Positions 17,370-26,215 of a DNA stretch of 64,000 nucleotides are shown here, in pieces. Within the stretch, counting starts at the first letter, position 1, and each line of letters opens with the position of its first letter. The stretch comes from an uncultured Actinomycetota bacterium. GTDB taxonomy: Bacteria; Actinomycetota; Actinomycetes; Mycobacteriales; Mycobacteriaceae. Location: positions 457,667-521,666 of the forward strand of contig CAWIJT010000003.1 in assembly GCA_963836495.1 (NCBI GenBank), in the 5' to 3' direction. Under the pieces are notes generated by a model that made no database searches, was not told the origin of the DNA, and saw nothing but the letters and a program-made list of their open reading frames with translations. The position numbers and the translations under genes are program-made.

Positions 17370-18644
17370 ATGACGGACTCCATGACCGGACGGGCGCGGC
17401 CGTTAGTGGCGGTGGGCTACGGTCCGCGCTGCGTTCCCGTGATGCAGCTGGCCGAAGCCGCCGCCGGCGTCTGCGACCTGCTCTGGATGATCGACACCGC
17501 CGTGCCGGGCATGAGCGAGATGACTGATCTGCTCAACCGGTTCGGGCCCGTCGTCGACCTCAAGGGCATGAGCGCCGAGCAGGCGATCAAGATCATGGTC
17601 GACTGGGAGCCAGACGGCATGACCACCTACCTCGACGCCGGGATGGTCGAACTGGCCTGTGTGGCAGAGGGACTGGGTCTTCCCTTCCACAGCCCGGCGA
17701 CCGCCGCCGCCCTCACTGACAAGGCCCGCCAGCGTCGCGCCATGGCCGACGCCGGAATCGATATGCCGCCCTGCCACCTCATCCGCCCCGACCAGTCCGA
17801 GCAGGAGCTCGGCGCCGTCGAGGCCGAGGTGGGGTGGCCGGCCGTGCTCAAGCCCCGCTCGGCTCAGGGCAGCCGCTACACCTTCCTGGCCCACGACGGT
17901 CCGGAGCTCCAGATGCTGCTCGACACCCTCGGGCCGAGTCGTCCCGAGATGGTTCTCGAGGGCTACCTGGCCGACGATCCGGCCCGCGCCGGCGACCCCT
18001 ACGCCGGCTATGTGTCCGTCGAGAGCCTGGTCGCCGACGGCGCCATCAGCCACCTGGCCCTGACCGGCCGCTTCCCGCCCGCCGGAAACTTTCGCGAGAC
18101 CGGGTTCTTCATCCCCGCAGCTCTCGACGCAGCGAGTCGCGAAGCCGTCCTGGACCTGGCCACCCGGGCGATCGACGCACTGGGGGTGCGCACCGGTTGC
18201 CTGCACACCGAAATCAAGTTCACCCCCGCCGGGCCCCGCATCATCGAGGTCAACGGACGACTGGGCGGCGGTGTGCCCGAGATGCTGGAGCGGGCCGCCG
18301 GGATCAATCTCCTCGACCTCACCTTGCGGGTGGCCCTCGGCGAGCCGCTGTCGGTCGCCGGGCCCGTCGCCACCGACCGCATCGGCTACCGATTCTTCCT
18401 CCAGCCGCCGACCGTCTCGGCCACGGTGACAGCCATCGAGGGCATCAACGACTTCAGCGACCGCCCCGTGGTCGACACGGTGAGCGTCCACCAGGGCCCG
18501 GGTGCCGCCCTCGACTGGCGGGACGGCTCCGGCAACCACATCGTGGCCGTGGTCGGCTCGACCGACGACGAGGAGCAGTTGCAGGCCGCCTACCGGCTGC
18601 TGCACCAGGAAGTCACGGTCACCTATACCGACGTGAGGTACTGA
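17370..18644 (+). CDS. ATP-grasp ligase (L-amino acid ligase-like)
   Basis: TDKARQR, LKPRSAQGS, LEGYL, VSVES and HTEIK..GPRIIEVNGRLGG motifs. Confidence 0.85.
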   Translation: MTDSMTGRARPLVAVGYGPRCVPVMQLAEAAAGVCDLLWMIDTAVPGMSEMTDLLNRFGPVVDLKGMSAEQAIKIMVDWEPDGMTTYLDAGMVELACVAEGLGLPFHSPATAAALTDKARQRRAMADAGIDMPPCHLIRPDQSEQELGAVEAEVGWPAVLKPRSAQGSRYTFLAHDGPELQMLLDTLGPSRPEMVLEGYLADDPARAGDPYAGYVSVESLVADGAISHLALTGRFPPAGNFRETGFFIPAALDAASREAVLDLATRAIDALGVRTGCLHTEIKFTPAGPRIIEVNGRLGGGVPEMLERAAGINLLDLTLRVALGEPLSVAGPVATDRIGYRFFLQPPTVSATVTAIEGINDFSDRPVVDTVSVHQGPGAALDWRDGSGNHIVAVVGSTDDEEQLQAAYRLLHQEVTVTYTDVRY

Positions 18645-18645
18645 G

Positions 18646-19581
18646 GTGGGCGTTCAATTGGCCGAGGGACCAGCGCGGTGGACGTGTGCCCTGGTCAACA
18701 ACATGCCCGACTCCGCATTTTGCGCCACCGAGCGACAGTTCGTCGGCCTGCTGGAGGCCGGGTCCGGCGGCGACACGCTCGCCCTGACCCGACACACGAT
18801 GGCCGGGGTGCCGCGGGGCGAGCGGATTGCGTCCCAGATCGCCGCCGAATACCGACCCCTCGAGGACATCTTCACCGAACCCCCGGACCTGCTGGTGGTC
18901 ACCGGTGCCAACCCGATCGAGTCCCGTATCGAAGACGAGCCCTACTGGGCTGATCTGCACGGTCTGCTGAAGTGGGGTAGCGAGAACGTGCCGGCGATGG
19001 TGCTGTCGTGCCTGTCCGCCCACGCCGCGCTGGCCGTCTTCGACGGTGTCGAACGGACCACGCTGCCGGCCAAGTGCACGGGAGTGTTCGCCCAGGAGGC
19101 CGACCGGACTCACCCGCTGGCCGCCGGGCTCTACGGTTCCGTCGTCCTGCCGCATTCGCGGCTGAACACCGTGCCCCTCGAGGCAGTGGTCGACGCGGGC
19201 TACTCGGTGGCGCTGCAGTCAGGGCAGGTCGGGTGGAGTGTGGTCACGAAGACGGTAGGTGAGTGCGAGGTCATGCTGGTGCAGGCCCATCCCGAGTACG
19301 ACCCGTCGAGCCTCGTCCGCGAATACGTCCGGGATGTACGCCGCTACGTCGGCCACTTGCGCGACGAGTTGCCTTGTCTACCAACAGATTGCGCGACCGG
19401 TCCAGATTGGGATGCGCTCTGCCGGATGCATGCGCGGGTGGTCGGCGGCGAGCGGAACGCAGACCTGGTAGCCGCGTTCCCGTTCGACGACATCTGCGTC
19501 CGGGCTCCCTGGCCGTGGCGGGGGACGGCCCAGCGCCTGTACGCCAACCTGTTGGGCACTATCCCGAGAAGGAGCGCCTGA
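18646..19581 (+). CDS. metA: Homoserine O-acyltransferase of the MetA (GATase-like) fold
   Basis: LVNNMPD..ATERQF, VTGA..EDEPYW, nucleophile SCLSAHA, QAHPEYD His-Glu dyad. Confidence 0.85.
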   Translation: MGVQLAEGPARWTCALVNNMPDSAFCATERQFVGLLEAGSGGDTLALTRHTMAGVPRGERIASQIAAEYRPLEDIFTEPPDLLVVTGANPIESRIEDEPYWADLHGLLKWGSENVPAMVLSCLSAHAALAVFDGVERTTLPAKCTGVFAQEADRTHPLAAGLYGSVVLPHSRLNTVPLEAVVDAGYSVALQSGQVGWSVVTKTVGECEVMLVQAHPEYDPSSLVREYVRDVRRYVGHLRDELPCLPTDCATGPDWDALCRMHARVVGGERNADLVAAFPFDDICVRAPWPWRGTAQRLYANLLGTIPRRSA

Positions 19582-19584
19582 GCC

Positions 19585-20871
19585 ATGCACGACGAGACCA
19601 TCGCCATCCACGGCGGCTACACATCCGACGGGACGCGGGCCGTGGCGGTCCCCATCTACCAGACCGTCGCCCACGACTTCATCGACGCGGCCCACGCCGG
19701 TGCCGTGCTCGACCTGGAGACGCCGGGCTTCCACTACAACCGGCTCAACAACCCGACGCTGGACGTCCTCGAACAGCGCATCTGCGCGCTCGAAGGCGGA
19801 ACGGCGGCCCTGGTGGTGGCCTCCGGCATGGCCGCCGTCAGCTACGCCATCCTGACCGTGGCGGCGGCCGGCTCGAACATCGTGGTGGCTCCCCAGCTCT
19901 ACGGGGCCACCTTCACCTACTTCGCCCACGTGCTGCCCACGCTGGGCATCGAGGCGCGCTTCGCCGTCGACGACCGTGCCGAGTCGATCGCCCCGCTGAT
20001 AGACGAGAACACCCGCGCGGTGTTCTGCGAGACGATCGGCAACCCGGCCGGCAACATCGTCGACCTCGAGGCCGTTGCCGAGGTGGCCCACGCGGCCGGC
20101 GTGCCCCTCATCGTCGACAACACGGTGGCCACGCCGCTGATGCTCAAGCCCTTCGAGCACGGCGCCGACGTGGTCGTCCACTCGCTGACCAAGTTCGTCG
20201 GCGGCCACGGCACTACCCTCGGCGGAGCCATCGTGGACGGCGGCCGGTTCCCGTGGGCCGACCATCCTGACCGCTTCCCCAATTTCAACCAGCCCGAGCC
20301 CGCCTTCCACGGCGTCGTCTTCGCTCGCGACTTTCCCGAGCGGCCCTTCACCGTGCGGGCCCGCTCCACCCAGCTGCGCAACAGTGGCGCCACCCTGTCG
20401 CCCTTCAACGCCTTCCTGCTCCTGCAGGGCCTCGAGACGATGGCGGTGCGGCTCGAGCGTCACGAGGCCAACGCCCGGGCCGTGGCCGAATACCTGGCCG
20501 CCGATCCCCGGGTGGCCTGGGTGAGCTTCGCCGGCTTCCCCGACCATCCGTATCACCACCTGGTCGAGCGCTACCTGCACGGACGGGTGCCGTCGATCAT
20601 CACCTTCGGGGTCGACGGCGGCTACGACGCCGGCCTGGCGTTCTTCGATGCGCTTCAGCTCATCAAGCGGCTGCTCAATCTGGGCGACGCCAAGTCGCTG
20701 GCCATCCACCCGGCCTCGACCACCCACCGCCAGCTGTCCGGCGAGGAGCTGGCGAAGGCCGGTATCCGGCCGGAGACGATCCGGCTGTCCATCGGGATCG
20801 AGCACATCGACGACATCGTCGACGACATCGACCAGGCTTTAGACAAGGCCATGGCTGGCCGGGTCCACTGA
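19585..20871 (+). CDS. metY: O-acylhomoserine sulfhydrylase / aminocarboxypropyltransferase (MetY family)
   Basis: VPIYQT, YNRLNNPT, ETIGNP, DNT, PLP-Lys motif HSLTKFVGGHG, IHPASTTH, RLSIGIE. Confidence 0.9.
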   Translation: MHDETIAIHGGYTSDGTRAVAVPIYQTVAHDFIDAAHAGAVLDLETPGFHYNRLNNPTLDVLEQRICALEGGTAALVVASGMAAVSYAILTVAAAGSNIVVAPQLYGATFTYFAHVLPTLGIEARFAVDDRAESIAPLIDENTRAVFCETIGNPAGNIVDLEAVAEVAHAAGVPLIVDNTVATPLMLKPFEHGADVVVHSLTKFVGGHGTTLGGAIVDGGRFPWADHPDRFPNFNQPEPAFHGVVFARDFPERPFTVRARSTQLRNSGATLSPFNAFLLLQGLETMAVRLERHEANARAVAEYLAADPRVAWVSFAGFPDHPYHHLVERYLHGRVPSIITFGVDGGYDAGLAFFDALQLIKRLLNLGDAKSLAIHPASTTHRQLSGEELAKAGIRPETIRLSIGIEHIDDIVDDIDQALDKAMAGRVH

Positions 20872-20878
20872 GCGCACC

Positions 20879-22657
20879 ATGCCATTGACGACTGAGGTGT
20901 CGACGTATTTCGGACCGCCTGATTCACCCTTGTTCGGGGTGGTGCATCTGCCGGTCGACAACCAGATCAGGGGCGGGGTACTGATCTGTGGTTCGCTCGG
21001 CAAAGAGGGGATGGACAGCGTCCGGCTGCAACGAATCCTCGCCGACAGCCTGGCCCGCCGCGGTTTCGGCGTGCTGCGTTTCGACTATCTGGGCTTGGGC
21101 GATTCCGCGCACTCGCAGGTCCGCGATGATGCGGTGGCCAACTGGGTGGCGAGTGTGGGCCACGCACGCGACTACCTCGCGCTGATCGGCGCGCAGTCGG
21201 TGACCGCGATCGGCGTACGTGCCGGCTGCCTGATCCTCGACGAGTACCTGGCCCGGTCCCTTGCCGAATCCCACCCGGTCGACTCCGTGGTCTACCTCGA
21301 TCCCGCCGGAACGGGCAGGCGCTATCTGCGTGAGCACACCACGCTGTTCCGCTTGTCGGCGGGGGAGGACGCCGCGACGCCCGGTGAAGTGTTGATCATC
21401 GGCGGCCGGTTCAGTGACCATGCCGCCGCAGAGTTCGCCGGGCTGCGGATGCATCCCAATCCGGTAAGCGTCGCGGATGTACTTCTGGTGGGGCGACCGG
21501 GCGATACCGACAAGCACGTCACTGCTCTGGCGTCGGCCGACGGCGTTGATGCGATCACCACCGGCGGTCTGGCTGAATGCGCACATCCGCTGGCGATACC
21601 GCTACCGATCCCTGTCACCGCGGTCGATTCGATCATCGACTGGATCGACGACAAGGTTCCCACTGGTACCCGTCAGGCCACACCCCGGTACGTGACCACG
21701 GTGACGATGCCGGCAGAAGGGCCCGACGGCGTCGACGTCGTCGAAAGCATCGAACGGATCGAGCCGAACGGCCTGTTCCTCATCCGCACGCAGCCCGAAC
21801 GCTCCAGCAGCGCGCCGGTGAAGACCGTGTTGTTCTTCGTGTCGGCCCACGACTTGCACGTAGGACCCGCCCGGGAATGGGTCGAATTGTCGCGTCGCGT
21901 TGCAGCGGCCGGGTCACCGGCGGTGCGCTGGGACCCGTCAGGACAGGGCTTGTCGGGACCGATCAGGCGGAACCCTTGGCGCACAGTGTATTCCAAGGCC
22001 GACATCACCGACTCGATAGCGGTGGCCGAACATGCGCGCCGAGGCGGCGGCGAACTCCAGCTTGTCGGAATCTGTTCCGGCTCGTGGTACGCCGCTCACG
22101 CCGCCCGCAGCATCGGTGGACAGTCGGCGATCCTGGTCAACCTGGTGGCGTGGAATTGGCGCGTCACCCCCACCGTGATGGAGCAGCAGTATTTCCGGCA
22201 GAAAACGCTGACTGCGCATGCGGCCAACGACAGCGGCGCCGGCCGCTCCGAATCACAGTGGACGATGCGCCTCGAAGCACGTATCCGTCTGGGACAGAAC
22301 CAGACGAAAAGCCTTATGCACAAGCACCTCCCGCGGTTCGTCCTGCGGGTGTTGAGCTGGATCGGGCTGATATTTCTGCCGGAGGATGTTCTGACCACGC
22401 TTGCCCGCCGTGGAACCGACGTGACGGTGATCGCTTGCCCCGAGGACGCGGAGCAGTTCACTGCCAAAGGCGGTCGGGCAGCGCTTGACCGGCTGCAGTG
22501 GACGTCGCAGCCGCCCCGCCTGATCACCACACCCACCGGCGATCATTCGGCCAATCACCCGGCGATATTGGCAGCGATCCGCGCCGCCGTTCTTCCGGCA
22601 GCAGCTACCTCGTCTAGTGCTGAGCGCGATCATGACCAGATAGGAGTCGGCGCTTGA
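20879..22657 (+). CDS. Tandem alpha/beta-hydrolase-fold protein (hydrolase-2/hydrolase-1-type fusion), putative acyltransferase
   Basis: N domain RFDYLGLGDS with elbow GVRAG (no Ser); C domain RWDPSGQGLS with elbow GICSG and late GDHS. Confidence 0.7.
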   Translation: MPLTTEVSTYFGPPDSPLFGVVHLPVDNQIRGGVLICGSLGKEGMDSVRLQRILADSLARRGFGVLRFDYLGLGDSAHSQVRDDAVANWVASVGHARDYLALIGAQSVTAIGVRAGCLILDEYLARSLAESHPVDSVVYLDPAGTGRRYLREHTTLFRLSAGEDAATPGEVLIIGGRFSDHAAAEFAGLRMHPNPVSVADVLLVGRPGDTDKHVTALASADGVDAITTGGLAECAHPLAIPLPIPVTAVDSIIDWIDDKVPTGTRQATPRYVTTVTMPAEGPDGVDVVESIERIEPNGLFLIRTQPERSSSAPVKTVLFFVSAHDLHVGPAREWVELSRRVAAAGSPAVRWDPSGQGLSGPIRRNPWRTVYSKADITDSIAVAEHARRGGGELQLVGICSGSWYAAHAARSIGGQSAILVNLVAWNWRVTPTVMEQQYFRQKTLTAHAANDSGAGRSESQWTMRLEARIRLGQNQTKSLMHKHLPRFVLRVLSWIGLIFLPEDVLTTLARRGTDVTVIACPEDAEQFTAKGGRAALDRLQWTSQPPRLITTPTGDHSANHPAILAAIRAAVLPAAATSSSAERDHDQIGVGA

Positions 22658-23880
22658 CCGAGGACGCGATCAGCATCGGCGGTGTCGACCTCGCCGACCC
22701 GGACACCTACGCGTCGGGCATGCCCTTCGATGCGTTCCGGAAGCTCCGCGAGAACGCACCCGCGGCATGGCACCCGTACAAGGATGGGAGCAGGTTCCTC
22801 GCGCTCACCGGCTACGACGAGGTGTTCGCCGTGTCCCGCGACAGCACCACGTGGTCCTCGGAGGCGACGGGGGTGTACTTCGACGTGCCCGGTCCCGACG
22901 ACATCGCCGACCAGCGGGGCGTGATGATGTTGACGATGGATCCGCCGCGGCACACCGCCCTGCGCGCTCTGGTCAGCAAGGGCTTCAGGCCGCGTCAGGT
23001 AGCGAAGCTCAACGAGCGCATCACGGACATGGCGCGTGACGTGGTCGACAACGTCGTCGAGCGGGGCGAGTGCGACTTCGTCACCGACGTCGCCGGGGCG
23101 CTGCCCTCATACGTCATCGCCGAACTGCTGGGCATTCCGCTGGAAGACGGCTACCGGCTTTACGAGCTGACCGAGATCATGAACACCGGAGCGATAGGGG
23201 GCTCGCGCGCCATCCGGGCAGCCGCCGAGATGTTCGGGTACTCAAGGGAATTGGTAGCGCGCAAACGTGCGGATCCATGCGATGACATCGCGACATCGCT
23301 GCTGCATGCCGAGGTCGACGGACAGCGTCTCACCGAACGGGAGTTCAACTTCTTGTTCATGCTGTTGATCAATGCGGGCGGCGACACCACGCGTAACCTG
23401 GTCGCCGGCGGAATGTGCGCGCTGATGGACCATCCGCAGCAGCGGAGCAAGCTGGAGGCGGAGCCGTCGCTGCTGCCGATCGCGGTTGAAGAAATGCTCC
23501 GCTACGTCACCACGTTCATCGCGTTCTTCCGTACGGCCACGAAGGACACCGAACTACACGGGGTTCCTGTGCAGGAGGGCGAGCGGGTGGCGATGTTCTA
23601 CCCGTCGGCCAATCGGGATGAGACCCGCTTCGTCGATCCCGAGCGTTTCGACGTGACCCGTAAGCCCAACCCACACTTGGCCTTTGGCGGCGGCGGCGCC
23701 CATTTCTGCCTCGGCGCGAACCTCGCCCGGGTGGAGGCGGCGGCGCTGGTGTCGGAGGTGCTGAGCCGGATGAAGAACATGGAGTTGGCGGGGCCGATCG
23801 AGCGCATGCCATCGACGCTGATCAACGGTATCCACTCCATGCCCGTCCGGTTCACCCCTGGCCGACGCGCCTGCGCGTAG
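22654..23880 (+). CDS. Cytochrome P450 (CYP124/125/142-like)
   Basis: TTG start overlapping the upstream TGA; MDPPRH, I-helix AGGDTT, EEMLR (ExxR), heme motif FGGGGAHFCLG. Confidence 0.95.
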   Translation: MTEDAISIGGVDLADPDTYASGMPFDAFRKLRENAPAAWHPYKDGSRFLALTGYDEVFAVSRDSTTWSSEATGVYFDVPGPDDIADQRGVMMLTMDPPRHTALRALVSKGFRPRQVAKLNERITDMARDVVDNVVERGECDFVTDVAGALPSYVIAELLGIPLEDGYRLYELTEIMNTGAIGGSRAIRAAAEMFGYSRELVARKRADPCDDIATSLLHAEVDGQRLTEREFNFLFMLLINAGGDTTRNLVAGGMCALMDHPQQRSKLEAEPSLLPIAVEEMLRYVTTFIAFFRTATKDTELHGVPVQEGERVAMFYPSANRDETRFVDPERFDVTRKPNPHLAFGGGGAHFCLGANLARVEAAALVSEVLSRMKNMELAGPIERMPSTLINGIHSMPVRFTPGRRACA

Positions 23881-23893
23881 CGACCGCGCCGGA

Positions 23894-24520
23894 TCAGGCC
23901 GTGGCGGAACGCAACTCGACGCGCTGGCGAAGAAACGCGGCAAGGCGCAGCGGGATGGCAACGAGGCTCAATAGGGCGAACGGCAGATATTCGGCGGCAT
24001 AGAGCCACTGATGTGGCTTCTGGTTGAGTGCACCCAGCACGAAATCCCGGCCGAAGGCGATCAAGATGTACGTCGTGGCCAGGAAGAGTAAAGGCCGCCA
24101 CAGCCGCCCGAGTCTGCGTATTCCGATTCCGAAGGACAGCAGCACCAGCAGGCAGGTGAAGAAGAGGGCGACGAGGAAGAACCACAACAACCCGCCCTGC
24201 AGCGGAACCTGGCCGATGAGGACGCCGAGCCAGACGACCAAACCGATATGGGCCAGCAGCGCCGCAGCGAAGGCAAGGCCCGAGGCTCGCGCCTGACGAG
24301 CCAACCCGCCGAAGGCCGGCCCGAACAGGACGGCCAGCGCGCCGCCGGTATAGGAAAGCCAGAAGAAGAGAAATGACCAGCGGGCCGTGACGCGCACCCC
24401 GAGCCGAACGCTATCGAGACCGGTTCCGCGCACGACCAAGACGGCCACGGCAAGTGCGAGCGCACCGCCCAACGCGCCCGCTATCCACGCCCAGGTCGGA
24501 TCATGTCTGGGCGTCACCAC
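23894..24520 (-). CDS. Integral membrane protein (about 6 TM), weakly ferric-reductase-TM-like
   Basis: Hydrophobic helices; RVTARWSFLFF..SGLAFAAALLAH pattern; GTG 24520 has GGAG upstream. Confidence 0.55.
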   Translation of the reverse strand: MVTPRHDPTWAWIAGALGGALALAVAVLVVRGTGLDSVRLGVRVTARWSFLFFWLSYTGGALAVLFGPAFGGLARQARASGLAFAAALLAHIGLVVWLGVLIGQVPLQGGLLWFFLVALFFTCLLVLLSFGIGIRRLGRLWRPLLFLATTYILIAFGRDFVLGALNQKPHQWLYAAEYLPFALLSLVAIPLRLAAFLRQRVELRSATA

Positions 24521-24941
24521 ACTCCGCTCCGGCGTCGGGCGGATTGCAGACGACGAGGACAACGGCCATCGCGTGGCAATCGGCGTGCGAGAGCGACAAA
24601 GACGAGCTACGCCAGCCTTGCTGCTGCGCCCGCTCGGCGAGTGATCCGCTCAGCCGGAGTAGCGGCAGCGGACCATGTCGCGTCACCTCGATCTCGCGCC
24701 AGGGAAACGCCATGTCGGGTTCTGCGAATACCTTGATCACTGCTTCTTTGGCGGCGAATCGAGCCGCCAGTCGTTGCACCCGGTTATTGCCCTGGCAGTC
24801 GCTGATTTCGCCGGCCGTGAAGATTTTGCGCAGGTAGCTTTCCCCGAACGCGGCTAGCGAGTTCTGGACATCCTCGAGGGGCACGACATCGCATCCGACC
24901 CGAACGCGATGTCCGTCGACCTCACGTGGCGGGGCGATCAC
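24501..24941 (-). CDS. acpS: AcpS-type holo-ACP synthase (4'-phosphopantetheinyl transferase)
   Basis: VGCDVV, IFTAGE, LAARFAAKEAVIK and SLSLSH motifs; adjacent to an ACP. Confidence 0.88.
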   Translation of the reverse strand: MIAPPREVDGHRVRVGCDVVPLEDVQNSLAAFGESYLRKIFTAGEISDCQGNNRVQRLAARFAAKEAVIKVFAEPDMAFPWREIEVTRHGPLPLLRLSGSLAERAQQQGWRSSSLSLSHADCHAMAVVLVVCNPPDAGAECGDAQT

Positions 24942-25186
24942 GCAACCGCTTTGACCAGGCCTTGAACTACCTGCTCGATGTTGGCGACGGAAGCGAACGT
25001 GGACTTCTTCAGCACTTCGTCGGGGAACTCGATGTCGAAGGCATCCTCGAGGGCAAGCATGACGTCGACCGACGCATGCGACGTCAGGCCGAGGTCGTAG
25101 AGGTCGGCCTGATCGTCCACCTCGCGTGGATCCACCGCCATCCGGCCATGAGCAACTAAGACGTCACGAATTTGGTCCTGAATCAC
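24938..25186 (-). CDS. Stand-alone acyl/aminoacyl carrier protein (82 aa)
   Basis: C-terminal part of track ORF 24938..25759; GTG 25186 after GAGGAAAG; DLYDLGLTSHASVDVMLALEDAFDIEFPD carries the Ppant Ser. Confidence 0.88.
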   Translation of the reverse strand: MIQDQIRDVLVAHGRMAVDPREVDDQADLYDLGLTSHASVDVMLALEDAFDIEFPDEVLKKSTFASVANIEQVVQGLVKAVA

Positions 25187-26130
25187 GCTTTCCTCATTTC
25201 TGCCGTGGTTGAACTGATGAGTTCGGTATGGGGTTCGACGGGCGGAACGTAGGTTCCGGGTGCCTTGAGCCGCTTGCGGGCGACGCGGCGGTAGCCGTAG
25301 AAGTCCGATATGTACGCCGGGCTGTCGTAGAGCCAGTCCAACGGCTCCCGCATGTCGTCGACGTAGCCGATCGAATACGAGCCACGCTGGTAGCCCATCA
25401 GCCTCAGCAGCCCCTCGGGAAGAGTGCGGGCGATCTCGGGCGGGCAAGCGAGATACTGGTTTTCCTCCTGCCGCAGCCACCCGAGCGAGTAGCCCACGTT
25501 CATCCCGATTCGGCTGGTCTCGGTGGTGTTGGCGCCGCCGCCGTGAAATATCGAGCCGGTATACAACAGGACTGAACCCTTGGACATGACCGCCGGAGAG
25601 GACAGCGCACAGTCCACGTCGTCGGGATCGTCCTCCCACCGGTGGCTGCCCACCACCATCCGGGTCGCGCCCATCTCCTCGGTGAAGTCGGTCACGGCCC
25701 ACATGGTGGCGACCTCGGCTTCGAAGCCGGTGGGGAAGTGGTAGCGATCGAACGACCACTGGTCCCGATGAATCATCTGCGCCGGCTCACCGGGTCCGAT
25801 GGTCACCAGCTGGGTCAGGTCGATCTGGAAGGTGCTGGCGTGGTCGCCCAACACCAGGTCCAGCGTGTCGATGATCGTCGGATGAGTGATGAGCGAGCGA
25901 GCGGTCGGCGAACGGGCGATCAAGGCGCCGGTGCGACGGGTGGTCTCGCCCAGGAAGTCGGTGTTGCCGCCGCTGGTGATAGCCAGGTGCGGTTCGAGCT
26001 CGGCCCGTATCTGATCCATCGTGCCTGGTGATGCGAGGTCTGCAATGACCACACAGCCGTCTTCGTTGAGCACGTGCGCAATGTCCGCCGGCGAGGAACA
26101 CGAACCGACTGTCCGTACTGCTATTGGCAT
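25183..26130 (-). CDS. Phytanoyl-CoA dioxygenase-family Fe(II)/2-oxoglutarate dioxygenase
   Basis: HRD...H facial triad (QMIHRDQW; SIFHGGG), GATRMVVGSH, WLRQEENQYL. Confidence 0.88.
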   Translation of the reverse strand: MPIAVRTVGSCSSPADIAHVLNEDGCVVIADLASPGTMDQIRAELEPHLAITSGGNTDFLGETTRRTGALIARSPTARSLITHPTIIDTLDLVLGDHASTFQIDLTQLVTIGPGEPAQMIHRDQWSFDRYHFPTGFEAEVATMWAVTDFTEEMGATRMVVGSHRWEDDPDDVDCALSSPAVMSKGSVLLYTGSIFHGGGANTTETSRIGMNVGYSLGWLRQEENQYLACPPEIARTLPEGLLRLMGYQRGSYSIGYVDDMREPLDWLYDSPAYISDFYGYRRVARKRLKAPGTYVPPVEPHTELISSTTAEMRKA

Positions 26131-26215
26131 AACGGGGACTATACGGCATGATATGAGAGCAATCCAATGACTTACGGTCGGTTAAATCCCGGCTTTCATG
26201 ACTACGTAGAGAGCG

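Noticed and set aside
17403-20805. Long antisense ORFs (17403..18605, 19378..20805); similar ones at 27075..28571 and 56532..58148
   Set aside because: Shadow ORFs opposite well-supported genes, expected in high-GC3 DNA; no recognisable motifs.
25187-25759. 273-aa protein in track ORF 24938..25759
   Set aside because: The N-terminal part overlaps the dioxygenase gene in another frame; only the last 82 aa (ACP) are credible.
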